A stretch of DNA of 62,786 nucleotides from Candidatus Magasanikiibacteriota bacterium (GCA_023246715.1 JAHFHZ010000002.1:1-62786); one strand, 5' to 3'; shown: positions 35,118-44,965, counted from the first letter of the stretch. Translations and numbers: made by a program. The notes: generated by a model from the sequence alone, not told the origin.

Positions 35118-35205
35118 ATTTGTCATTCCCGCGAAAGCGGGAATCTAATCATGGTAAGCCAAAAACGTGAGTGTCTGGATTCCCGCTTTCGCGGGAATGA
35201 CAAAT
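35118..35205. repeat. MITE-like double-hairpin palindromic element, copy 2
   Basis: Perfect 28-bp terminal inverted repeats atttgtcattcccgcgaaagcgggaatc (35118-35145 and 35178-35205) around a 32-nt spacer. The left arm is identical to copy 1. Confidence 0.8.
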
Positions 35206-35224
35206 GTGAAAACCCTAAATAAGT

Positions 35225-36592
35225 TCACTCAAATAAACAAGTCTTTCCAAACACCGCTGCTTCAGCCGCAACACCGTTGGCGCCAAGCCGTTTAATCAGC
35301 GCCGCGCAAGCAGCCGGATCGCCATGATTAAGGATCACCTGGCGCGGAGCCGTTTTGCCCCCCGTAATCCAGTTGGCGAGCTTATCCTGATCGCCATGAG
35401 CCGAAAGCGCGCCGATCATTTTCACCTGACAGCGCACTTTTACTCGCTCGCCCATTATCTCTACAGGTGATTCACCTTCAAGCAGTCGTCGGCCGAGCGT
35501 GCCGACCGATTGGTAGCCGGTTAACAGAAGCGTGCTTTGTTCGTCGGACAAATAGCGCAGCGCGTGATGCAAAATACGCCCACCGGTGAGCATGCCCGCG
35601 CCAGCAATAATGATTTTTTGCCCGCGCACTTGGTTGATCCGTTTGGATTCTTCGCGGGTGTAGGTAAGATTTAAACTTGGAAATTTAAAAATATCATCTC
35701 CAGCCATAACACATTCCTTCGCGGCAGCGTCGTAGTAGCGCGGGTAATTCCGGTAGACCCGCAGCGCATCAATCGCCAGCGGACTATCCACAAAAATCGG
35801 TACGTGCGGAAAATCCCGGCTATGTTCAATCATTTCATTGAGCTCGTAGAGCAGCTCCTGGGCACGTTCAAGCGAAAACGAAGCGACCAAAATGCTGCCT
35901 CCCCGCTGGAGGCCGGCTGTTATGGCTTCACGCAAAATGCGCAAACGTTCGCTTGACGGTTCATGTTTACGATCACCGTAGGTTGATTCACAAACCAACA
36001 CATCTAACCCAGCGGGGAGCGGCTCGGTATCACGCAAAATGGGCACATCTTCGTTGCCAACATCACCCGAAAATACCAAGTGCTTACCCCCCGCTTTGAT
36101 TTCCACAAACGCGGAACCAAAAATATGTCCTTCATCATACAGGCAGGCGCTGAAATCCGCCGCGGGAATACCGGGAATTATTATATTCTCGTGATACTCC
36201 ACTCGCTTAAAAAGTTCGGCGGCTTGGTCAACATCGCTTTGTTTGTAGGTAATCGGGCGGCCAAATTTTTGGTGATCGTAGTGCATGATTCCGGCGGCGT
36301 CGGCCATGATGAGGGCAGCCAAATCTGCGGTGGGGGCGGTAGCGTAAATTGGGCCGGTAAAACCGCTTTTTACTAATAAAGGCAGGCGCCCCACATGATC
36401 AAGATGGGCGTGGGTAACAAAAACAGCCGTTAATTCAGCGGGATCAAAGCCGAGTGGCTGTTCGTTTTTTTGTTCGTGTTCATGGCCACCCTGGAACATG
36501 CCACAATCTACCAAAAATTTTTTGCCCTGGCTTTCAAGCAGGCTACACGAGCCGGTAACTTCACCGGCAGCTCCCCAAAAAGTGAGTTTCAT
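35225..36592 (-). CDS. Metallo-beta-lactamase fold, beta-CASP family RNA-processing nuclease (CPSF/RNase J-like)
   Basis: MKLTFWGAAGEVTGSC, THAHLDHVGRLP (HxHxDH), a C-terminal SAHGD motif; 455 aa. Confidence 0.8.
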   Translation of the reverse strand: MKLTFWGAAGEVTGSCSLLESQGKKFLVDCGMFQGGHEHEQKNEQPLGFDPAELTAVFVTHAHLDHVGRLPLLVKSGFTGPIYATAPTADLAALIMADAAGIMHYDHQKFGRPITYKQSDVDQAAELFKRVEYHENIIIPGIPAADFSACLYDEGHIFGSAFVEIKAGGKHLVFSGDVGNEDVPILRDTEPLPAGLDVLVCESTYGDRKHEPSSERLRILREAITAGLQRGGSILVASFSLERAQELLYELNEMIEHSRDFPHVPIFVDSPLAIDALRVYRNYPRYYDAAAKECVMAGDDIFKFPSLNLTYTREESKRINQVRGQKIIIAGAGMLTGGRILHHALRYLSDEQSTLLLTGYQSVGTLGRRLLEGESPVEIMGERVKVRCQVKMIGALSAHGDQDKLANWITGGKTAPRQVILNHGDPAACAALIKRLGANGVAAEAAVFGKTCLFE

Positions 36593-36696
36593 ATAACAAT
36601 CATTAAATCATACTTTTCTCCCGCCAGCAATTATAGCGGCTGTTCAAAAGGAACTAAAATTGATATACTGAGCTTGTTTTTAGCTTCATTTTTGTT

Positions 36697-37380
36697 ATGC
36701 GCACCAGGCCTAATCCGATTGATCGGATAGAAATTATTGAGCCGCCGTTGGAAGAACTCACCAAGCGCCGATCTAGCTTTTGGGCCACCTGCCTCGCCGG
36801 GGCTGGTTGTTTGGGTTTACTGATCGTTCTTGGCTTTGTCGGGGTGCGTTTTTTGGTTGGCCCGGGACCAAGCGTGATTAAAGTGCTCCCAGAATCATTC
36901 CCCAAGACAATTCCGATTTACGACAAAGAAAATATTGAACGCATTACTCTTATTCCTAGCCGCTATAAAAATCGTGGACTGCGCATTGCGGGGGTAATTC
37001 CCAAAATCATTCTTTCTCCCCTCTTACCCAAAGAAACGAACGAAGGCGGCGTCAAACAAACATCCGGGCCGTTCTCCGCGATAGGCAGCTGGCTGGGCCA
37101 GGCAGCCAAAGATGCAGAAAATCAACACGATACATTGCAAATAGAATGGACGGCGCTGACTGCTGACCCCGGATTTGTTATTTCGTATTATAAAAATGAG
37201 CTCCGCAAGCAATCGTTCCGCATTACCGAGGAAACCACCGGCGATGAACTGCACCAGTTTTCATTTACCGGCGCAGGAGATATCAGCGGCTCACTCTATG
37301 TACAAATCACCAAAGGGAAAAGCAGCGGGACAGATTACATGACGCTCACCGTCAATGTTCCCGCACAAAAAACAAAATGA
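36697..37380 (+). CDS. Hypothetical membrane-anchored protein
   Basis: 227-aa ORF with one TM (ATCLAGAGCLGLLIVLGFVGV) and an extracytoplasmic domain. No motif recognised. Confidence 0.4.
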   Translation: MRTRPNPIDRIEIIEPPLEELTKRRSSFWATCLAGAGCLGLLIVLGFVGVRFLVGPGPSVIKVLPESFPKTIPIYDKENIERITLIPSRYKNRGLRIAGVIPKIILSPLLPKETNEGGVKQTSGPFSAIGSWLGQAAKDAENQHDTLQIEWTALTADPGFVISYYKNELRKQSFRITEETTGDELHQFSFTGAGDISGSLYVQITKGKSSGTDYMTLTVNVPAQKTK

Positions 37381-37413
37381 TTATTTTGTATAGTTTAAGA
37401 CAAAACTTCTTTT

Positions 37414-39030
37414 GTGTTTCGTTTCTTGAATAGCACAACTTCTTCGGTAACGACTTCGGCCGTGATAATTTCGGTGGCGACGCTGGCCAGCCGGGCCGTA
37501 GGCATTGCCCGGGACCGGATTCTAGCCCACGCGTTTGGCGCCGGGCCTGTTTTGGACGCCTATTATGCCGCGTTTAAAATTCCCGATCTGATTTATAACT
37601 TACTCATCGTCGGGGCACTCACGGCGGGATTTATTCCGGTTTTTACTAAGCTACTTACGGAACGAGACGACCGTAAACGAGCTTTTGGCCTGGCAAATAA
37701 TTTCATCACGATTATCGGGGTATCCTTGGCGGTAATTGGCGCGCTGGGGGCGCTAAGCGCACCATTGCTCAGCCGGCTGATAGCGCCGGGCTTCGCCGGC
37801 GAGCGCTTTACCTGGCTTGTTTCGTTCATGCGAGTGATGTTCTTATCCCCCTTCTTACTGGGCATATCCATGGTGCTCGGCGGTATTTTACAATCACTCC
37901 GGCAATTTGTGTTGTATTCAATCGCGCCGGTTTTTTACAATGTCGGGATTATTATCGGAGCGCTTTTTTTAACGCCCCGTCTAGGCGCGATCGGCCTGGC
38001 TTGGGGCGTAGTGCTGGGCGCTTTTCTGCACCTGCTGGTACAAATGCTTGGCGCATACCAAAATGAATACCACTGGCGCTGGCGATTTGACACCGCCGAC
38101 AGCAATACAAGACGGGTGGCAAAATTAATGGCTCCACGCACAATTGGTTTGGCGGTAAGCCAATTGAACCTGGTGATTTTGACTATACTGGCCTCATTTT
38201 TGCCATCTGGCAGCGTGGCGGTCTATAACTTTGCCTCCAATTTACAGGCCGTGCCGATAGGGCTGATCGGTATCCCCTTCGCTTTGGCAGTCTTTCCCCT
38301 GCTTTCTGAAGCAGCAGGCCGGAGTGATACTAAAGAATTTGTTACCCAAGCTAGCGCGGCACTCCGACAAATTTTGTTTTTAATTTTGCCGGCAACGGTC
38401 CTTTTGCTCTTGCTCAGAGCGCAAGTTATTCGAGTCGTGCTTGGTAGCGGCGCGTTTGATTGGGCCGCCACTATCGCGACTGCCGACGCTTTAGCCTTAT
38501 TTACGCTTAGTTTGTTTGCTCAAGCCACGATCCCCTTGCTGGCGCGCGGGTTTTACGCGCTCAACAACACCTCGACGCCGTTGGTCATCGGGGTATTGAG
38601 CGAATTGGTAACAATTATTTCTGCTTTATCTTTAATGAAATATTTAGGCGTCGCGGGCTTGGCTTTGGCCAGCTCGGTAGGGGCGGTTTTGAACGCGGTC
38701 TTATTATTTATTTTTTTGCGCCAAAAATTAGGCGGCTTTGAGGATGAAGCGGTTTTTCGCCTGGCCGCCAAGGCATTCTTTGCGGCGCTCTTAATGGCCT
38801 GCGCGATACAGCTGACTAAATACCCAGCCGCGGCCGTGGTCGACCAACAACGCTTTTGGGGTATCTTGCTGCACGGGGCGATTTCTGGTACGGTAGGCAT
38901 CCTAGTCTACGGGGCTGCCTGCTATGTTTTACGGGTTCAAGAAATGATGCAGTTCAGCCAGGCGGTGAAAAAACACTGGTTTCGGCTCTGGCGAATGCCT
39001 ATCGGGATTGATGAAGCAAAAAAATTATAA
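37414..39030 (+). CDS. murJ: Lipid II flippase MurJ (MviN)
   Basis: 538-aa ORF with 14-TM MOP-superfamily topology. The N-terminal block SRAVGIARDRILAHAFGAGPVLDAYYAAFKIPD is typical of MurJ. GTG start. Confidence 0.88.
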   Translation: MFRFLNSTTSSVTTSAVIISVATLASRAVGIARDRILAHAFGAGPVLDAYYAAFKIPDLIYNLLIVGALTAGFIPVFTKLLTERDDRKRAFGLANNFITIIGVSLAVIGALGALSAPLLSRLIAPGFAGERFTWLVSFMRVMFLSPFLLGISMVLGGILQSLRQFVLYSIAPVFYNVGIIIGALFLTPRLGAIGLAWGVVLGAFLHLLVQMLGAYQNEYHWRWRFDTADSNTRRVAKLMAPRTIGLAVSQLNLVILTILASFLPSGSVAVYNFASNLQAVPIGLIGIPFALAVFPLLSEAAGRSDTKEFVTQASAALRQILFLILPATVLLLLLRAQVIRVVLGSGAFDWAATIATADALALFTLSLFAQATIPLLARGFYALNNTSTPLVIGVLSELVTIISALSLMKYLGVAGLALASSVGAVLNAVLLFIFLRQKLGGFEDEAVFRLAAKAFFAALLMACAIQLTKYPAAAVVDQQRFWGILLHGAISGTVGILVYGAACYVLRVQEMMQFSQAVKKHWFRLWRMPIGIDEAKKL

Positions 39031-39039
39031 CGTACCCCC

Positions 39040-40857
39040 ATGCCAAGTACCGAACATATCAGAAATTTTTGTATTATCGCCCACATCGATCACGGCAAAT
39101 CCACGCTGGCTGATCGTTTTTTAGAATTGACCCACACTGTTTCGGAACGCGAAATGAAAAGCCAACTGCTGGATTCCATGGATCTGGAACGGGAACGCGG
39201 CATTACCATTAAACTAACGCCGGTGCGCATGCGCTACACGCACAACGGCCAGGAATTTGAAATGAACTTGATTGATACTCCTGGTCACGTGGATTTTAAC
39301 TACGAGGTGTCGCGCTCGCTCGCGGCCGTGGAAGGCGCAATTTTGTTGGTTGACGCGACCCAGGGAGTACAGGCCCAGACAATCGGGAATCTGTATCTGG
39401 CGTTAGAACAAAACCTGAAAATTATTCCGGTGATCAATAAGATTGATCTGCCGATTGCGGACGTTCCGAAAACCACCGCTGAAATTATTCATTTACTTGG
39501 TTGTGAACCGGAAGAAATCCTTTTGGCCTCTGGCAAAAGCGGGCAGGGCGTGCGCGAAATCCTCGACACAGTCATTGAACGCATCTCCCCGCCCCGTGAC
39601 CATTCGGACCGACCGGCTCGGGCGTTGATTTTTGACTCTTCTTTTAACGAATACAAGGGGGTAGTAGCTTCGGTACGCATGGTAGACGGCCAGATGAAAA
39701 AGGGCAATAAAATTTTTTTGATGAGCACGCAAACCCCAGCCGAAGCATTGGAGGTGGGATTTTACGTGCCGAAATTTAAAACGGCTGAAACGCTTTTAAA
39801 TGGCGAGATTGGTTATGTCGTCACCGGCTTGAAAGAAGTTCGGGATTGCCGCGTGGGCGACACCATTACGCTGCTCGGGGCGGATAAGCAATCTGGCCTC
39901 GCCGCCGAACCGCTGCCAGGTTATAAAGAAGTTAAACCGATGGTCTACGCGGGTATTTTTCCTAAAGAAGGCGATGCCTACGAAGAATTACGCGACGCAA
40001 TCGACAAATTAAAATTGAGCGATTCGGCATTGGTATACGAAGCCGAACATTCCCAGGCGCTGGGATTTGGTTTTCGCTGTGGTTTTTTGGGGATGTTGCA
40101 CCTGGATATTTTCCAGGAACGCCTCAAGCGCGAACACGCGCTGGAAGTGGTGATTACGGTGCCAAGCGTGGCCTATCGGATCACCACTACCAGCGGTGAA
40201 ACTACTTTTATAAAAAGCCCTCAGGAAATGCCGGAAATGGGCAAAATTGCCGACGTGCAGGAACCGATCATGAAGGTGGATATTATTACCCCCAAAGATT
40301 ACGTGGGCGGGGTAATGGCCCTAGTATCGGAACGCCGCGGCCGTTACCTGACGACTGAGTATTTAAGCAGCGGAGTTGACCAACGGGCGCTGCTGCACTA
40401 CGAGCTGCCGCTCGCCTCGCTGATCACGGATTTTTATGATAAACTGAAAACAGCCACCTCGGGATATGCTTCGCTGAATTACGAAATTAAAAACTACGAA
40501 GCAACTAAAATAGTTAAATTGGATATTTTGGTAGCCGAAGAGCCAGTAGAAGCGCTGTCCACCCTAGTTTGGAGCGAGGAGGCTTTTAAAATCGGCAAAA
40601 AAATCGTCGAATCACTCAAGGAATCTCTCCCCCGCCAACAATTTGAGCTTAAAATACAGGCGGCGGTAGGCGGCAAAGTGATAGCGGCCGAGCGGTTGAG
40701 CGCCTTGCGCAAGGATGTATTGGCGAAAATGAGCGGCGGCGACTATACCCGCAAAATGAAGCTGCTGCAGAAACAAAAAAAAGGCAAGCAGCGGATGAAA
40801 AGCCACGGCAAGGTGGACATTCCAAGCGAAACCTATCTGGCCGTGTTGAAGCGATAG
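39040..40857 (+). CDS. lepA: Elongation factor 4
   Basis: IRNFCIIAHIDHGKSTLADR, DTPGHVDF and NKID GTPase motifs, plus a LepA-specific C-terminal domain; 605 aa. Confidence 0.95.
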   Translation: MPSTEHIRNFCIIAHIDHGKSTLADRFLELTHTVSEREMKSQLLDSMDLERERGITIKLTPVRMRYTHNGQEFEMNLIDTPGHVDFNYEVSRSLAAVEGAILLVDATQGVQAQTIGNLYLALEQNLKIIPVINKIDLPIADVPKTTAEIIHLLGCEPEEILLASGKSGQGVREILDTVIERISPPRDHSDRPARALIFDSSFNEYKGVVASVRMVDGQMKKGNKIFLMSTQTPAEALEVGFYVPKFKTAETLLNGEIGYVVTGLKEVRDCRVGDTITLLGADKQSGLAAEPLPGYKEVKPMVYAGIFPKEGDAYEELRDAIDKLKLSDSALVYEAEHSQALGFGFRCGFLGMLHLDIFQERLKREHALEVVITVPSVAYRITTTSGETTFIKSPQEMPEMGKIADVQEPIMKVDIITPKDYVGGVMALVSERRGRYLTTEYLSSGVDQRALLHYELPLASLITDFYDKLKTATSGYASLNYEIKNYEATKIVKLDILVAEEPVEALSTLVWSEEAFKIGKKIVESLKESLPRQQFELKIQAAVGGKVIAAERLSALRKDVLAKMSGGDYTRKMKLLQKQKKGKQRMKSHGKVDIPSETYLAVLKR

Positions 40858-40860
40858 CCT

Positions 40861-40956
40861 ATGAAACATAAAACCATCAAACAGCTCTGGGTATTTTTTT
40901 CGATCATCATGATTTTGGCGATGATTGGTTTTACGGTTTTGCCGGCGTTTCAATAA
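40861..40956 (+). CDS. Possible 31-aa hydrophobic micropeptide
   Basis: ATG at 40861, 4 nt after the lepA stop. Translation is MKHKTIKQLWVFFSIIMILAMIGFTVLPAFQ, a single TM-like helix. It is below the ORF-track size cutoff and has no homology evidence. Confidence 0.25.
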   Translation: MKHKTIKQLWVFFSIIMILAMIGFTVLPAFQ

Positions 40957-40969
40957 ACCACGTTTTACA

Positions 40970-41383
40970 ATGAAAATTCTTCGCCGCTACCAACTGGATA
41001 TTATTTTTTTGTTCTTCGCGTTTGGGGTTATTTTGCGCGTTGCTCTTTTAACATTACAGGGGCTTGGAATTGACCCTCATCGGGTAGAATGGTATGTAGC
41101 CGCGCCGCTTATTGCTTTATACGGCGCGTACTTGTGGGAGATTCGTAACCGTATTAGTATCTCCGACCGACGGCAACTAACCGGCAAAAGCCTGATTTAC
41201 TGGATAACTCTCGGTATTATCGTGAGCGTGAATTACGCTGAACCTTTGGCCGTTAACGAGTACTGGTCAATGGATTTATTGCTGCTCTTGTTTACCTTAT
41301 TCTTAGCCGATTCGTACTGGGATTTTAAAAAATTGCGTTTGCGGAATTTGTTTAAGAGCGAATTGCGTACTACTGAATTATGA
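40970..41383 (+). CDS. Hypothetical membrane protein
   Basis: 137-aa ORF from the ATG at 40970 (MKILRRYQL) with four hydrophobic segments. Its stop overlaps the recJ start (ATGA). Confidence 0.45.
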   Translation: MKILRRYQLDIIFLFFAFGVILRVALLTLQGLGIDPHRVEWYVAAPLIALYGAYLWEIRNRISISDRRQLTGKSLIYWITLGIIVSVNYAEPLAVNEYWSMDLLLLLFTLFLADSYWDFKKLRLRNLFKSELRTTEL

Positions 41384-43176
41384 AAAAATGGAATATCTCC
41401 CCTCCCCCGCCGGATTCCTTTTTAAGCGATCATCCTGAATTACCCCCGATTGTAGCCCGGCTGCTGTGGAATCGTAAATTAGACACGCAAGAAAAAATTG
41501 ATGAATTTTTAAACCCGGATTACTCGCAGGATCTGCACGATCCTTTTTTATTCCAAGACATGGTTAAGGCGGTTGAGCTGATTACGAACACCATTGCCGC
41601 TGGTGAAAAAATTACGGTTCATGGCGATTATGATGCCGACGGTGTCTGCGCGGCCGTGGTTTTGATCACCACACTTAAAAAAATAGGCGCTCCGGAGGTG
41701 GGCGTTTTCTTGCCACATCGCGAAACGGATGGGTACGGATTGAACCTGAACACGGTACGATTATTAAAAGAAAATGGCACATCGTTAATCATTACTTGTG
41801 ATTGCGGCATCAGCAACACGGCTGAGGTGGCCCTGGCCAAAGAGCTGGGACTGAGGGTGATTATTACCGATCATCACGCTATGCCGGCACAATTCCCCCC
41901 GGCCGACGCGATCATTCATCCGCTCGTGCCAGGTGAAACATACCCCGACAAAGGCCTAGCCGGCGGTGGGGTAGCTTTTAAACTGGCCCAAGCGCTTTTA
42001 CAGACTCATCACAAAACAAACTCCGTTTTACCAGACGGACAGACCCACGAAGGGTTTGAAAAATGGCTACTCGATCTGGTGGCAATTTCTACTGTGGGCG
42101 ATATGGTGCCACTGATTGGTGAATCACGCACGCTGGTTCGCTACGGATTGACGGTGCTGAATAAAACCAAAAATTTGGGACTGCGCAAGCTGCTTTCGGG
42201 CGCGGGCATTGCCGACGAGCAAGGCCGCGCCAAAAAAAGCGCTTTTGACGCGCGGACAATTGGTTTTCAGATCGCGCCCCGGATTAACGCGGCCGGGCGC
42301 ATGGATCACGCCAACGTGGCCCTCGCTCTGCTGACCGCGGCCACCGAGCAAGAAGCCGAGGATTTAGCCGCTCAGTTGCAGCAAAACAATACCGACCGGC
42401 AAAAATTAACCGAACAATTGGTGAAGCAGGCACGGGCACAAATAAAAGGAACCGAACAAGAAAAAAACCCTATTTTATTCGTGCTGGGCGAAGGTTGGAG
42501 CACCGGCATACTCGGGTTGATCGCCAGCCGACTGAAAGATGAATTTTATAAACCGATTTTGGCGATGGGTTTGAATAAAGGGGTCATCACGGGCTCGGGG
42601 CGCAGTATTAAAGAATTTAATCTTATCAAGGCACTACAAAGCATGCCGGAATTTTTCTTAAAATTCGGTGGGCACCCACAAGCTTGCGGATTTTCTCTCA
42701 GAAGTCCGGAGCTGCTTGAAGATTTTAAAGCCGCGCTGACGCAAAAAACGGCCGAGGGTGTGGTGGATGTTGATTTGACCCCCCAAATAAACGTGGATGC
42801 CGAAGTAACCCTGGAAGAAATTAACTGGAAATTATTTGATTTGCTCCAAAAATTTGAGCCATTTGGACAAGCCAACGAAGAACCTTGCTACGCGGCCTAT
42901 GGATTAACAGTGGTCGCAATTGAGCCGGTAGGCCAAGATGGCAAACATTTGCGCTTATTACTTAAACACAATTCCCACACCGTGCGTAAAACTATTGGAT
43001 TTGGCCTGGGAGACGTGAATCGCCACCCTGAAAATTGGCGAGAGATGCTTAAGCCGGGAGATAAGATAGACTTAGTGTTTACGGTCGGGGTAAACGAATG
43101 GAACGGGAACCGGGAATTACAACTGACCGTAGAAGATTTGCGGTCTGCCGTTGAAACCGCAACGCCAAGCATTTGA
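41380..43176 (+). CDS. recJ: Single-stranded-DNA-specific exonuclease RecJ
   Basis: DHH-family motifs HGDYDADGVCA, DCG, ITDHH and GGHPQACG (DHHA1); 598 aa. Confidence 0.9.
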   Translation: MKKWNISPPPPDSFLSDHPELPPIVARLLWNRKLDTQEKIDEFLNPDYSQDLHDPFLFQDMVKAVELITNTIAAGEKITVHGDYDADGVCAAVVLITTLKKIGAPEVGVFLPHRETDGYGLNLNTVRLLKENGTSLIITCDCGISNTAEVALAKELGLRVIITDHHAMPAQFPPADAIIHPLVPGETYPDKGLAGGGVAFKLAQALLQTHHKTNSVLPDGQTHEGFEKWLLDLVAISTVGDMVPLIGESRTLVRYGLTVLNKTKNLGLRKLLSGAGIADEQGRAKKSAFDARTIGFQIAPRINAAGRMDHANVALALLTAATEQEAEDLAAQLQQNNTDRQKLTEQLVKQARAQIKGTEQEKNPILFVLGEGWSTGILGLIASRLKDEFYKPILAMGLNKGVITGSGRSIKEFNLIKALQSMPEFFLKFGGHPQACGFSLRSPELLEDFKAALTQKTAEGVVDVDLTPQINVDAEVTLEEINWKLFDLLQKFEPFGQANEEPCYAAYGLTVVAIEPVGQDGKHLRLLLKHNSHTVRKTIGFGLGDVNRHPENWREMLKPGDKIDLVFTVGVNEWNGNRELQLTVEDLRSAVETATPSI

Positions 43177-43195
43177 AAGCTCAACGCGTGATAGA

Positions 43196-43232
43196 TTAAA
43201 AAATAATCCCTTTTGTCGGGATTATTTTTTAT
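43196..43232. terminator. Bidirectional intrinsic terminator between recJ (+) and the YtxH-like gene (-)
   Basis: aataatccc-ttttgtc-gggattatt, flanked by an A-run and a T-run. Confidence 0.65.
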
Positions 43233-43236
43233 TGAG

Positions 43237-43554
43237 CTATTCCGCTTCTGATTGCAATTCTTTTTCCAATTTATGCCAACGCTTTTTGAGTTCTTTGACG
43301 AGCATGGCTTTCATATCCATGGCCAGTTCTTTTTTACGGCCGTACTCTTCCACAGCCCGTTCTACCAAAGCGTCATACATTTCTTCGGTCGGGCCTTCTA
43401 GTTGTTTCAGGCTAGCTTTAATTTCGCTGTAGAGCGGTTCTAAATGAGCCATCAGTTTGACCCGCAATTCCTTACCTTTGGGGGTAAGATTGAGCCATAC
43501 AAGGCCGGCTCCCACCAGGCCTCCGAGTAATAATCCTTTATTAAAACGTCCCAT
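43237..43554 (-). CDS. YtxH-like small membrane-anchored protein
   Basis: The N-terminal Gly-rich helix KGLLLGGLVGAGLVW followed by amphipathic helices resembles the YtxH family; 105 aa. Confidence 0.5.
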   Translation of the reverse strand: MGRFNKGLLLGGLVGAGLVWLNLTPKGKELRVKLMAHLEPLYSEIKASLKQLEGPTEEMYDALVERAVEEYGRKKELAMDMKAMLVKELKKRWHKLEKELQSEAE

Positions 43555-43564
43555 AGCTAATAAA

Positions 43565-44134
43565 TTATACGCGTGAATAAGCCTGAATCGTTGCGGTATA
43601 AAGCAATTTTTTAAGAGATTCTGTATTTGTTTCGACTCTTAGTAGTTTACTTTTTTCCTTAAAATAATTCAAGGGCTGGCCAGGATCGCCACAGGCAATA
43701 ACATACCGCGCCACCTCCGCCAGGCGCGGCAGATAATACGCGTTATACAAACGCAGGCCAAGGCTGAATACATCACGAATGAATAGGGGCCGATACCACG
43801 TAATAATCACGGGTTTTGCGGGGTTTAATCGCGCCAAACGAAGCAGATCCCCGGCTCCGCCAAATAATGGGCAGTGCAGATGAACTAGATCGAAATGAGT
43901 AAACAATTTTTTCATTTCCGAGGCATGGCTGGCTCCTTGAAATTGCCGACCCGGTGAAATTTCGGCCAACCGAGCGCGGCGAGCGCGGGTTGGCATTTCA
44001 TAATCAATCGTGAACGGTTCGGCCGGGATGCCGGCATAATTCAAAGCGTCCACCAAACCGAAAGCGGCTTCTTGAATATCGTCAAAATAATCAAAGGCAG
44101 CCGGAATTAAATGCACAGTTCGTAAATCGCGCAT
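43565..44134 (-). CDS. Half-size GT4-type glycosyltransferase, N-terminal Rossmann domain only
   Basis: 189-aa ORF. FDLVHLHCPLFGG...PVIITWYRP parallels FDLVHLHYPWYGA...YVVTYHMD in the neighbouring full-length GT4. No donor-binding C-domain follows. Confidence 0.5.
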   Translation of the reverse strand: MRDLRTVHLIPAAFDYFDDIQEAAFGLVDALNYAGIPAEPFTIDYEMPTRARRARLAEISPGRQFQGASHASEMKKLFTHFDLVHLHCPLFGGAGDLLRLARLNPAKPVIITWYRPLFIRDVFSLGLRLYNAYYLPRLAEVARYVIACGDPGQPLNYFKEKSKLLRVETNTESLKKLLYTATIQAYSRV

Positions 44135-44146
44135 ACAGACAGCAGC

Positions 44147-44965
44147 TTAGGTTTTTTTCACCACTATATGCAGGTTGGGCGATGGTACGCGGCAAAGCAA
44201 GAATGATTCTAAAGACACCAAAGCGTTGACCATGCGGCGGCCCAACAGCCCGATACCCCCCGGACCGACGGGCAATTGTTGAAAAAATTCTTCGTTATTG
44301 AGCTGAGTTTGATTCAGCGCGCGGGCGGAGCGGGCCATGAGCATAAACACGGCAATGCCGAGCAATTGACCCAGTACATGTTCACTATAACGCCGACTCA
44401 TAACGGCATACCCCGCTTCGCTACATAAATTATTCACCGCGGCACGTGAAAAATATTGAATATGACCGGCAAAGCGGCGGGTAAGATTTTTTTTCAAACC
44501 CACCATATCTAACCAATGCCAAAACGACAGGGAATCCCCCTCGCAGGGAACGAAACAATATAAAATCCCGCCGGGCTTAAGGACGCGCCGAATTTCGGCC
44601 AAGAACGCGGCCGGATTATCGACGTGCTCTAAGACATCAAACACTACCACCGCGTCAAAAAATTCAGAATTATAGGGCAGCTTTTCGTCGTTGGCCAATT
44701 GGTAGCTGACCCCGTCATTATACCAGCGGGCGGCGGTTAACGCCGGAGCGCTAATATCGCACCCGTGGCATTGCCAACCGGGGCGTAATTGCTGTAGGGC
44801 GCGAATAAACTGGCCGGCACCACAACCGACTTCCAGCACACTGGCATTGTCGGGCAAACCTCGCAGCGCCCGCAGGCACTCGCGCAGCCGAATGCTGGTG
44901 GGGCTCCCCATCGACAGCGAAGCAGTGCCACGCCCCCAGAGTGTTTTGGAATAATCAAAATCCAT
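44147..44965 (-). CDS. Class I SAM-dependent methyltransferase
   Basis: Motif I VLEVGCGAGQF and post-I/II blocks (AVVVFDVLEHV, LKPGGILY). Confidence 0.8.
   Translation of the reverse strand: MDFDYSKTLWGRGTASLSMGSPTSIRLRECLRALRGLPDNASVLEVGCGAGQFIRALQQLRPGWQCHGCDISAPALTAARWYNDGVSYQLANDEKLPYNSEFFDAVVVFDVLEHVDNPAAFLAEIRRVLKPGGILYCFVPCEGDSLSFWHWLDMVGLKKNLTRRFAGHIQYFSRAAVNNLCSEAGYAVMSRRYSEHVLGQLLGIAVFMLMARSARALNQTQLNNEEFFQQLPVGPGGIGLLGRRMVNALVSLESFLLCRVPSPNLHIVVKKT

Noticed and set aside
26856-35205. Possibility that the repeated tgtcattcccgcgaaagcgggaatc sequences are CRISPR repeats.
   Set aside because: The four arms are arranged as two inverted pairs 8 kb apart, not as a direct-repeat array with regular spacers. 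No cas genes are present in the window.
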